A stretch of 64,000 nucleotides of DNA, taken from contig NC_135761.1 of the NCBI RefSeq assembly GCF_052425735.1, positions 24,118,001 to 24,182,000 on the forward strand, read 5' to 3'. Origin of the DNA: Oculina patagonica. Taxonomy: Eukaryota. Below are positions 52,529 to 62,880 of this stretch, piece by piece. The notes under the pieces are model-generated. The model did not search any database and had not been told where the DNA came from. It saw nothing but the letters and a program-made list of their open reading frames with translations. Position 1 is the first letter of the stretch; each line of letters opens with the position of its first letter. A program made the position numbers and the translations under genes.

Positions 52529-53658
52529 TTAAAGGTCAAATGAACAGAAATTTTGTTTTTTGTTATTTTTTGCCCATGTGTTTATTAAGAGCCAAATAAA
52601 CATATCCCAAAGTTTCAAAGCAATCGGCCATTACATCGAAGAGATATTGCAAGTTGAAAAATGCTTTTTTTAGGCTGTCATAATCGTAGAGTGCTCGGAA
52701 AAGTTGTCGGAAAATTGTCGGAAATAAAAACTTGTGACGTCATAATTGGTGTTTTTGAAGACGACCGCAGACCGATTCCGCAGACGGCACCTTAAATCTA
52801 AATAATTGTGTTTAGTAACATTTCAAGCAGTTATTTCGTTCTGTTCGGCCGTTTTTCAGTGGATTGATTGTTGGTTGTTGTTAAGAGAGGCTCATTTTTT
52901 TTAATAGAATAGCTAAAGCACAAAAATAGCTTAAAGTTTTGTTTGCTGTCGTTTTGCATGTCATGTGAGACAAAGGTTGAATGCACGCTGGTATGAAAAC
53001 AAATCAGGAATCTCTATTGTTCTTTCTCATTAGCATTTAACGTTAATGAGCAGAATTATCTGCACGCCCGTTAACTATGCACGTGCGTTTTGAATTTTGG
53101 TACAGTTCAAAGTTCTGCACGCGCGTTAACTATGCACGTGCGTTTTGAATTTTGGTACACTTCAAAGCCGTTCTCTGCCGAACAACAACGTGAAATGACG
53201 AAATTCTGCGTATTTTGGACAACGTCAGCCACGACGGCTAATTTTTGGTTTCTCTAATTTTTGCTTTCTTTAAATATTCAGCGGGAGCTTGTTCTTAAAG
53301 CGATAAATAAGCAGAATGCGTCCGGAAAGCTGCGAGATTCTCAAGTAAAATATAAATTCATTTTGCACCAGACGTTGTCATTGACAATGGCGTCGGTGCG
53401 GTCTGCGGAATCGGTCTGCGGTCGTCTTCAAAAACACCAATTATGTCGTCACAAACTCGTTCCATTCCTTCCATTTCAGTGCGCAGTCATTCAAAAACGT
53501 TTTCGTGAAGCCTTCGGAAATCTTCGTATTTTTTGCTGTAATTCACGCTTTAAGGCTCGGAAAGCAAAAATTGTTCTTAATTTTACTCAATAATGGATAG
53601 TTTTAGCGTTTGATTGGTTAAAATGGCATTTTGAAATTTCTGTTCATTTGACCTTCAA
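52529..53658. mobile_element. Kolobok-like non-autonomous transposon with nested inverted repeat
   Basis: TTAA|AGGTCAAATGAACAGAAATT...AATTTCTGTTCATTTGACCT|TCAA; inner IR of about 54 bp at 52732-52785 and 53401-53454; tandem duplication at 53059-53168. Confidence 0.8.
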
Positions 53659-54389
53659 CTAATGTGGAATAACCCTTATAATAACATATAATTACATCGC
53701 GCAAATTCAACATGCGTTTTCAAATGCGCGTTACAAACATATTGAAATAAACTTACAGTAATTATGAAGATTACATTGCATAGTTTCTTAATTTTAGGAC
53801 CATACTTGCCAGTGTTATATTGGAGGAAGGTTTTTCGATTGACTGTCAAAAGTAATACCGGGTATTGCGGTAGTTTTGGAAAAACCCTCGACATGTCCTA
53901 ACTAAGGGACCGGTTATTATTTAGAAGGGGTAGGGCATGTGCAAATAGGGAAGGCTATGTTCAAATTCTCCTGACCCTCCTCTTTTATGAAGCATTTTTT
54001 TTCTGCTGCCCCCCCCCCCCCCCCCCCTTACCCACTCACTCCCTTAAACCTCCCTACTATGCGTGCATAAATTTATTTATTTACCCACTTTTTCTCAGCA
54101 TAAAAATTATTGTCTCTGCCCCTATTTTCACCAGCCTCAATGACAGGTCCCTAATCGGGGGTACGCCACCTATTTCGAACTAATCAGGAACAAGAATAAA
54201 AAAACGCGATTTGGTTAACACTCGTTTCTACGCGCTTGACACCAGTTACATTTTATTACTTCGAATTTTGATTGGTCCGTTATGTTACTAGTTTGTTTTG
54301 TTTGGCCAGATTTGGTCACTTTGGTTCTGGTATTACGATTGTCAGAAAAACGCTCATACTTAGTCGTAGCTTAGCTAATAAGAGGCGTT

Positions 54390-55400
54390 CATTTTGTTTT
54401 TACCCCATAACCTTTAACTGAGCCAACCAAGTCATCAACTCAAGCAGATGCTTGATTATTTTTGTCGTACTCCTGCCACGAGGGCTATACCTTCACTGAG
54501 TGTTAGACCCATGAAGATGGCTGTGATTTTCTGAATTATATAACTTACTGTAAACCGGAGACTTGTAAACATTTTCTACAACAGGAATATCTATATAAAG
54601 GCATGGTAAATTGCTTTTTCAGCAAAACACGATAAAAGCACACTCCAGCATTATACAAAACAGCGAACCAAGAGAAATAAACTTCGGCTTTCTTCTTGTA
54701 AATAGGTTCTTATTTTTGTATCTATTGTAATGTTTGTAATGCGCATTTGATTATTTTATAGAAAATGCGCAATATAAATATTAAATATTATTATTATTAT
54801 TATTATTATTCTTGAAATCTCCAGAAAAAAAAATTAGTGGCCACGAGTTATATCGGGCCAATCCGAAGGTTCATGTATTAAACTGATATTCAACGATCCA
54901 CCGTTTCGATGAGCGTCGATTCGTTCAAGTGTGATCGATGTGCTCGCGAATCAGTCTAGAATAAGCTATTTTTTCGTCCTCTTCTGCTTTCGAGGGAACA
55001 TTTTCCGGCTTAATCGCATCGATCCATCCCGCGTAAGTGAAGGTGGCAAGAACTGTGGCAGTTTGACTCATTTAGTTCCAAATTATTTCTGAGTGTTAGG
55101 TCGAGCATAAAGCTCGCTTAACTATTTCTTTCATCGCTGCACTGACTCAAAAGCGATACCTGTATAATATGGCAGTATCCTTTGAAGAGCAATTGGTCTA
55201 CTTCTGTGGTGGTAAACGCGTTTTAGTTATAGATGTTGTTCAGTATTTTAGCCTAGCACATAGCATTTCGAAGAGCCGAAATATTCATACAAAGAACGTC
55301 TTTTGACGTGAAGTTCAAGGTATGGAAGTTGCCTTGTCTACTACCCTACAAGGAACAGCAATAGCACCCTTACCAGGTCGAAAACGATTTACCCCAACTG
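54390..55400 (-). pseudogene. Decayed kinase copy psiA
   Basis: Reverse strand shows relics of the paralogues: catalytic-loop-like attaagccggaaaatgtt, the GPI/APE region and the KAEV..SLGSLF..MLECAFI region, broken by frameshifts. It is split by a LINE-tail insertion at about 54700-54810. Confidence 0.7.
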
Positions 55401-55573
55401 CAACTTCTTTTGAAAGATTTTAAGAAAATTAATGAATTGAATTGATGATTTTTTTTACTTCGACCTTTTCCCACTGTTTACGACTGAGAACATTAGGCAA
55501 GCATCGCGGCTTCGAAACCGAAGGTCAATTTCTTGTCAAACCCTGTTGTTTGCTCAGCCGCGTGACGTTTGCA

Positions 55574-57031
55574 TTAATAATAATAATGATATAATAATAA
55601 TAATGATAATGATAGTAACGATAATGACGATGATGATGATGTTGATACTACTACTAATAATGATAATAATGATAATGATAATTCAAAAAAATAATAATAA
55701 CAATGATATAATAATAAGAATAATGATAAGGATAATGATAATAATGATAAAAATAATGATGCTAATAATAATACTATTGACAATCCAAGAAAAAATAGGG
55801 ATAATAATACCAATAAATAATAATAAAGATAATTATAATGATAATAAAAGAAAATAATAACAAAAACACAATGTAAAAAACAATGCTGCTGCTCTTGTTG
55901 TTCGGGCAAGTGCTGCTGCGGTTGTCGAGGAAAGAAAAGTCGAGAAAAGTGGTGCTGCAGTTGTTGAGGAAGGATCTCCCGCTGTTGCCGGGGAAGGATT
56001 TGCTGCGGTTGTTGAGGAGCGATCTCCTCCTGTTGTCGAGGGACGGAATGTCGAGGAAAGGTCTGCTGTTGTTGGAGCAAGTGTTGTTGTTGTCGAATCG
56101 GACGAACTCTCTTGACTTTGTCATAAATTTCTTGAGCGCTTGGTCGATTATTTGGGTTGTGCTGCAAGGCCTCAAGAACGACGCTTCGCAGAGCGTTGGA
56201 CACTTGTGCATAGCTCGAGAATGCAATTCTGATACCACTATCGAAGTTTGCCATTGCAAGCCCAAAGCCAACTTTGCCTACACCAGGAATATCTGCAAAG
56301 GCACCGTAAATTGCTTTACCATCAATGATGATGAAATCCCGCTCAAGGATTGTATAAAACAGCGCACCAAGGGAAAACACGTCGGCTTTTTCTGTGTAAT
56401 GGTAAGTGTAAAATTCAGGTGCCACCCAGTGTATCGCGCCAACTCCTGAGCTCATGTAGTATTGCGAGTAACTGGTCAGCCATGAATCGTTGTACGGTTG
56501 AGCGTAGGATCGTTTGAGTGCGGTGTACTCTCGAGCCAGACCAAAGTCAGCCAATTTCACGTCCTCCGTTGCAGTCAGAAGCACATTATCCGCCTTCAAA
56601 TCGCGGTGTACTACACTGCGGGAATGGAGATAGCCAAGAGCTCCGGCTGTTTGAGTTATCCACTTCAAATTCATTTCTTCAGTACTCGGTCGAGCAAGAC
56701 GCTCGTTTAAACTTCCGCCGGAGCAGTACTCAGTCAAAAGCAACATGTGTAAAAGGCCTTGTGTATCACGGAACTGATCTGCTGCTATCATGGCGATCAC
56801 ATTCTCATGGGAGATGCTGTTCAGTGTTGTAGCCTCGCGGACAGCATTACGAAGCGCCGAGGCATTCAAACAAAGGACATCTTTTAATGCGTAGGCTGTG
56901 GACCAAAAAAAACCTGCCTCTTTTACTTTGTAGACGACACCAAAGGCGCCGTTGCCAAGTCGTTGTTGGATTCGAACTGTTTTGTTTCCAACTGAAACTC
57001 TTGATGGAAGAGTTACTGCGGCCTGATGCAT
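55574..57031 (-). CDS. Protein kinase K2, PDIK1L/STK35-like, with Q/P repeats and a microsatellite-encoded hydrophobic tail
   Basis: GNGAFG, ALK, HRDLKADN, DFG, HWVAPE. First ATG at 57031. The ORF stays open through the (ATT)n tract to 55574; the true C-terminus is uncertain. Confidence 0.88.
   Translation of the reverse strand: MHQAAVTLPSRVSVGNKTVRIQQRLGNGAFGVVYKVKEAGFFWSTAYALKDVLCLNASALRNAVREATTLNSISHENVIAMIAADQFRDTQGLLHMLLLTEYCSGGSLNERLARPSTEEMNLKWITQTAGALGYLHSRSVVHRDLKADNVLLTATEDVKLADFGLAREYTALKRSYAQPYNDSWLTSYSQYYMSSGVGAIHWVAPEFYTYHYTEKADVFSLGALFYTILERDFIIIDGKAIYGAFADIPGVGKVGFGLAMANFDSGIRIAFSSYAQVSNALRSVVLEALQHNPNNRPSAQEIYDKVKRVRPIRQQQHLLQQQQTFPRHSVPRQQEEIAPQQPQQILPRQQREILPQQLQHHFSRLFFPRQPQQHLPEQQEQQHCFLHCVFVIIFFYYHYNYLYYYLLVLLSLFFLGLSIVLLLASLFLSLLSLSLSLFLLLYHCYYYFFELSLSLLSLLVVVSTSSSSSLSLLSLSLLLLYHYYY
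55575..55862. repeat. Imperfect (AAT/GAT)n microsatellite
   Basis: About 290 bp of aat/gat triplets. Confidence 0.95.
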
Positions 57032-57590
57032 TGTATAAACTATTTTTCTCTCGTCGTAAAAAAGCAAAACGCGACAAGGCTTCGAAGCGGAGGATGGTTT
57101 CTCGGAAAAACCCTGTTTACCTGCTATGCCTGTATATGGTCAGAACGGCATTGTTATTATAGACATACTGTCAAGTTTGACGATCCCGCAGCTGCCATGA
57201 CAATAGCAAAACGGCTGTTTTCCTAGAAGTGGAAACCCCGTTTCGTTTAATCAGAAAGCAGCTGTCAAAAAAACCCGTGGAAGCTTCGCCTCTCGAAAAT
57301 TCTTGCTCCCGGATTTCAGCTTTTTTGCAATACATTGCTAGACAAAAACAGAGCTTAAAACGTGCTAAAAACAACTATGTTTGAATGTTTTGGCAGTGGG
57401 TTCAAACCTGTGAAAAAACATTCTGCCGAAGAAAAACAAACACAGAAAAGTTGAAGAAATTCAATCAAAAGGGCTCAGCAGGTATGTTAGTAAATTTATC
57501 GTAAGTGTGACAAAAACAGATGTCTAAGACTACAAACCATCAAGCCTTCGAGAGTTGTTTTCAAGGTTTCAGCAGGGATTGATAAGAACG
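57032..57590. promoter_or_regulatory. K2 upstream region, duplicate of the K3 upstream region (62220-62770), with GAS-type sites
   Basis: Colinear similarity to 62220-62770; TTCTCGGAA (57099), TTCCTAGAA (57220), TGTTTAC (57114). Confidence 0.7.
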
Positions 57591-57878
57591 CAAATACTCA
57601 GCGAATATTATCGAAAACATTGTGTTTGATCAAGCATATCGTGAATGAAAAGTATACGCAAGTATCTTATACCTACATCACCTTTATGTTACCTCGGATT
57701 TACAAGAGAATCTACAGAAGCTAGTTTATTCGAGAAAGAGAAAAAGAAAAAATAAATAAAATAATAATATATATATTTTTTAATATTATGATGTTTCGCT
57801 GAACGACGTATTTTCTTTCCAGAATTGCAAAAAAGATCACACACCCGCCTTTTTAGTGTAGATTAATAGCCGCTGAAA

Positions 57879-58180
57879 GGCGCGGGGCCTAACGGTTAGC
57901 GCGCTCGACTCCGAGTCGAACGGCCCGGGTTCGAGGCCTGGCAGGGGTGCTGCATTGTGTTCTTGGGCAAGACACTTTACACTCAAAGTGCCTCTCTCCA
58001 CCCCGGTGTATAAATGGGTACCGGCGAATTTACTGCTGGTGGGTAACTCTGCGATGGACAAGCATCCCATTCAGGGGGGAGTAGCAATACTCCTAGTCGC
58101 TTTAAAATGCTATGGAAACCGGGATAAGCTTCCGGCTGTATGGGCCACTTTGCTCGGACACAGACTTTACCTTACCTTTT
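57879..58180 (+). mobile_element. tRNA-derived SINE, full length
   Basis: A and B boxes; highly similar to 24851-25152; tttacc tail. Confidence 0.9.
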
Positions 58181-58189
58181 AATGGCCGC

Positions 58190-58700
58190 TGAACACCTCA
58201 GGAGCATTTCAGAATAGTGTGCCAGCCAATGTGCCCATGTACTGCTCGTTCGCGAGATCTGCGTTCTTGAGTGTCTTGAGTTCGACACTCGTGCCAGACC
58301 AAAGTTTGCCAACTTTGCATCTTCTGTGTTTGTGAGCAAAACATTTCTAGTTTTAAGTCACGGTGGACGATGCCTTTCTTGTGGGGTACCTCAAAGCATC
58401 TGCAATTTGTCTCATCCTCTTCAGGCTCATTTTGTAACAGTTTTACTGCTCTTCGTGTTAAGTGCTCGTTTAGACTTTCACTGACACACAACTCAGTTAA
58501 AATTAAAAAGTGTTTTGGCCAGATTTTTCTCTAAACGTGCAACGCCCAGGATGGCGATAACGTTGTTGTGGCTGACTACTTTGCGGAGGGTCTCGGCCTC
58601 ACTAAGTGCGTTATTAAGACCGCTTTCGTTTTCACAATGAATTTTCTTTAGGGCGATCACTTCCGAGCTAGCTTGGTCGTTGAGTTTGCACACGACAATA
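58190..58700 (-). pseudogene. Decayed kinase copy psiB
   Basis: Frameshifted pieces IALKKIHCENESGLNNALSEAETLRKV, SLNEHL, GIVHRDLK, ANFGLA. Confidence 0.75.
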
Positions 58701-58769
58701 TTCTCAAAGCAAAAGAGAAAATATTTAGCTACGAACCACAGAGCTATAAGAAGCGAGTTTTGAAGTTTC

Positions 58770-59730
58770 ATTTTGTTCCTGCCCTGTATTGGCAGACATG
58801 AAGAGGTAAAAGAACTATTTTTACTTACCTTTCCTCATAACCTTCAACTGAGGGCACCAATTCCTCAAGTTTAATTAGCTCTTGGTTGATTAATTTTGTC
58901 TTACTCCAGGTCACGAGGGCTATATCTTCGCCGAGCGTTGGACCCATGTAGATGGTTTGTGAATTTCTGGATCATATTTACCATTGTAAACCGGAAGCTT
59001 ACGTTTCCTAAAACAGGAATACATATGAAGGCATAGTAAATTGCTTTTTCATCAAATCATGATAAAGTCGCACTCTAGCATTGTACAAAACAGCACGCCA
59101 AGGGAAAACCTGCCACCAAGTATCGGGCCAGTCCCTGAGTTCATGCAGTATTGTGTGTAAACTGATATTCAACGAACGTTTGTTACGTGTGATGTACTCA
59201 CGAATCCGTCCAGTTGGCACAAACTGAGGCAACTTGACTCGTCCACTACCAGATTCAGTAATTCTCGAGTACGGAACTGTCTCAAAAACGATACTTGTAT
59301 AAAACGACCTCGAGTATCGACGAATTCGTCTGAACCTATGACGGTTATCACGTTTTAGGTACAGAGTTTTTTCCGTGTTTTATCCTTTGTAGCACATGCA
59401 CAACATTAGAAAGAGGCGAAGCATTCAAACAAAGATCATTGTTTGACGTGTAGACCTGCCTCGTCTATTACTTTGTAAGCAACATCAAACGAGTACTAGT
59501 CACCAAGTCGCTAACGTTTTTACCTCAATAACTGCATATCCTTTAGGAGTATTCACAAAGGCTTGCTGAATTGTATCAATGTTTTTCTGTTGCCTTCTCG
59601 CGCTGTTTACGAGCTGTTTACGGGCCAGTCCCTGAGTTCGTGCAGTATTGTGTGTAAACTGATATTCAACGAACCCTCGTTTTGCTGAGCGTCTGTTACG
59701 TGTGATGTACTCACGAATTAGTCCAGTTGC
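58770..59730 (-). pseudogene. Decayed kinase copy psiC with internal duplication
   Basis: Aligns to psiA and to K2/K3 (ttccccttggcgtgctgttttgtacaatgctagagtgcgactttatc-like, gatctttgtttgaatgcttcg). 59617-59730 duplicates 59124-59215. Confidence 0.7.
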
Positions 59731-60434
59731 TGAATTGTATCGATGTTTTTCTGTTGCCTTCCCGCGCTGTTTACGACAAGATATTAGGCAAGCGCGCACT
59801 GATAAAATCGCAAGTCAACCGTCACGGCTTCGAAACCGAAGGTCAATTTCTTGGAAAATCCTTCTGTTTGTTGAGTCGCGTGACTTTTAATCGGACGCGA
59901 ATACCGTATCGGACTTGTGAAATGAATATGTTTTTTTTTTGTTTTCAATTTTCAAAACAGTATATTGTTGTAATCAATCGCTCCTTTATTCTGTATCCTT
60001 TACAAAATGCCTATTCTGTGTTGGGATTTACAGCGCATTCATGTGACCTAAATAGTGTCTTTCTGTTAAATTTGGAATTATTACTGAATGAAGTTTACAA
60101 TAAGCGTTACAAAATTTGTTTCCAAGAAGTTTGAAATGCTCAATTCCACATTCTAAGAAACGGTTCTAAAATATTATCAAACATTGCTCAGTTTTAAAAT
60201 AGTCACGACACGAGTGAAATGCATTCTTATAATTGGGGGAAATGTCTGAGACAACTTTTCCCAAACTTGTTACTTCAAACTTCTTTCTACTTCTTCTTTC
60301 TACTTTGAAAAATTATATACCTGAAGCCTGAAAAAGGTACCCCTTTCGGGCGGAGCCTCCCCGTATAGGCCATTATAGGGAGTACTCCCCCCCCCGGGGG
60401 GTTTATTTACTCATTTACGAAACACAACAAGAAT

Positions 60435-60566
60435 NNNNNNNNNNNNNNNNNNNNNNNNNNNNNNNNNNNNNNNNNNNNNNNNNNNNNNNNNNNNNNNNNN
60501 NNNNNNNNNNNNNNNNNNNNNNNNNNNNNNNNNNNNNNNNNNNNNNNNNNNNNNNNNNNNNNNNNN
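60435..60566. other. Assembly gap
   Basis: Run of N. Confidence 1.
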
Positions 60567-61235
60567 CACCTTCAGATTAATGAAAAAACTCAACCACTTT
60601 TTCACAAGTATTCACAAGATGAATATTGCTGTATCAATATAATAAGCTCATCAGTAACACTTCTATTTAAGTATACATGTAAAGCATTCGACCACAACTA
60701 ATTCAATACAAAGTCGTATATAGTGTAAAATTAAAATGTTATATCAATGATAAAGTTTCATTTTGTTTCTGCCTTGTTGGCACACATTAGAAGCTTATTC
60801 GTGGTTTTCACTTGATGTCTTCAAAATTGTAAAATCCAAAATTGCAAGACCCCTGAATTTCTATCCTTCACTGGCTGTTAGACATCCTTAATAAATATAT
60901 TGTTAGCTCGATAGCACCAGCCGTACCCTCATCCTGTAATTTTAAACAATCTGAACAGTCGAGGTTTGGCGAGAAGTGGAACATTCTGAAGAATAGCTCG
61001 AGTACGGAGTACCGTACAGACTTGAAACAAGGACAAGTAGATTATCTAGTACTTGTCTACGACCTGTTGTATCCTTTATTGTTTTGGTCCAATAGTTTTG
61101 CATTAATTTTTCGCGGCATGACAGTTGTGTGACAATGAAAACCACCCATTACTGAAAATATTTTATACACATGAATTACGTCTCACTTTCCTAGAAACCT
61201 TTAAACGATCCGGTGCCCTGTTACCAATAGTGGGT

Positions 61236-62219
61236 TTAACAACACTCACCGGTACTTGACGAATCCCGCTGGCCATGTTGGAGCCTTATAGCTCGGCGAA
61301 TGTTCATCACCTTGTCATACACCTTTTGAGCACTTGGTCGGTCATCTGGGTCGTACTGCAAAGCCTTGAGAGCGACTCTTTGCAGAGCGTTGGACCCTTG
61401 TGCATAGCTTGAGAATGCAATTCGGATACGACGACCAACCTCCTTCATTGCAAGCCCAAGGCCAACCTTTCCTACCCCATGAATTTTTACAAAGGCGCCG
61501 TACATTGCTTTTCCGTCAACCACGATGAAATCCCGCTCAAGGATTGCGTAAAACAGCGTGCCAAGTGAAAATACATCGGCCTTTTCTGTGTAATGGCCAG
61601 TGAAAAATTCAGGTGCCACCCAGTGTATGGGGCCAATTCCTGAGCTCATGTAATATTGCGTGTAACTGGTAAGCCATGAACCGTCATCTTCTTGAGCGTA
61701 GGTTCGTTTGAGTGCGGTGTACTCTCGAGCCAGGCCAAAATCAGCCAACTTCACATCCAACGTTGCAGTCAGAAGCACATTATCCGCCTTTAAATCGCGA
61801 TGAACCACTCCGCGTGAGTGGAGATGGGCAAGAGCTGCGGATATTTGACTTATCCATTTCAAATTCATTTCTTCAGTACTCGGTCGATCAAGACGCTCGT
61901 TTAAACTTCCGCCTGAGCAGTACTCAGTCAAAAGCAACATGTGTAAAAGACCTTTCGAATCAAGGTACTTATCTGCTGCTATGATTTCGATCACATTCTT
62001 GTGAGAAATTTTGCTGAGTGTTCTAGCCTCGCGGACAGCATTATAAAGCTGCGAGTCATACAAACAAGGAACATCTTTTAATGCATAGATTGTGGAACTT
62101 GCCTTGTCTTTTACTTTGTAGACGACACCAAAAGCACCATTGCCAAGTCGCTGTTGGATTCTAACTGTTTTGTTGTTAACTGAAACTCTCGGTGGAAGAT
62201 TCAGAGCGGCCTGCTGCAT
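61236..62219 (-). CDS. Protein kinase K3, PDIK1L/STK35-like, intronless, 327 aa, ends in CC
   Basis: GNGAFG, ALK, HRDLKADN, DFG, GPIHWVAPE, YTEKADVFSLG..ILERDF; close paralogue of K2. First ATG at 62219. Confidence 0.92.
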   Translation of the reverse strand: MQQAALNLPPRVSVNNKTVRIQQRLGNGAFGVVYKVKDKASSTIYALKDVPCLYDSQLYNAVREARTLSKISHKNVIEIIAADKYLDSKGLLHMLLLTEYCSGGSLNERLDRPSTEEMNLKWISQISAALAHLHSRGVVHRDLKADNVLLTATLDVKLADFGLAREYTALKRTYAQEDDGSWLTSYTQYYMSSGIGPIHWVAPEFFTGHYTEKADVFSLGTLFYAILERDFIVVDGKAMYGAFVKIHGVGKVGLGLAMKEVGRRIRIAFSSYAQGSNALQRVALKALQYDPDDRPSAQKVYDKVMNIRRAIRLQHGQRDSSSTGECC

Positions 62220-62880
62220 TTTATTTGCTATTCTTCTCTCGTCGTAAAAAACAAAATGCAACAGAGCTTCAAAGTGGAGGACGGGTTCTCGGAAAAATCC
62301 TGTTTACCTGCTATTAAATTCGCACCATGCCCGTATATGGTCAGAAAGTCATTGTCATTTCAGACATACTATAAAGTTTTACGGTCCCAATACTAAAAAC
62401 AACTTTCCCAGAAGTGGAAAACCCGTTTCGTCCAATCAGAAAGCGGCTGTCAAAACAAATCAGTATTTTCAAACATGGTAGCTTTGTCGATGGCGCCAGC
62501 TTCTCGCTCTCCGGGGTTTTGGCTTTTTCGCAGTACATTTTTAGACAAATACGAGGTTAAAACGTGCTAAAGTAGGTTCAAACCTTTACATAAACCTACT
62601 TAAATAAACTACTTACCGCATTTCTGCTGAAGAAAACGAAAACAGAAAAACTGAGGAAATTCAACCAGAAGAGCTCAGCAGGTACGTTGGTGAATTTTTT
62701 CTTAGAGATGGCCAAGAATACGAACCATCAAGCCTTCAAGATTTGTTTTCACGGTTTCAATGGGTACGATTAAGGACATTAGCTAAGCGCGCATAAAATC
62801 GCAAGTCAAGCGTCACGGCTTTGAAACCGAAGGTCAATTTCTTAGAAAACCTGTTGTTTGCTCAGTCGCGTGACTTGTGC
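62220..62880. promoter_or_regulatory. Divergent promoter between K3 and the LicD-family gene
   Basis: TTCTCGGAA (62286), TTCCCAGAA (62405), CCAAT (62432), TTCTTAGAA (62839); plus-strand donor CAG|GTACGT at about 62681. Confidence 0.6.

Noticed and set aside
55546-55857. Plus-strand Ile/Met/Asn-rich ORF
   Set aside because: Pure microsatellite translation.
55774-57226. Several overlapping ORFs in other frames
   Set aside because: Shadow frames of kinase K2.
57879-57960. tRNA-like sequence (also 25080-25150)
   Set aside because: SINE head continuing into a SINE body and tail; no proper acceptor stem or terminator.
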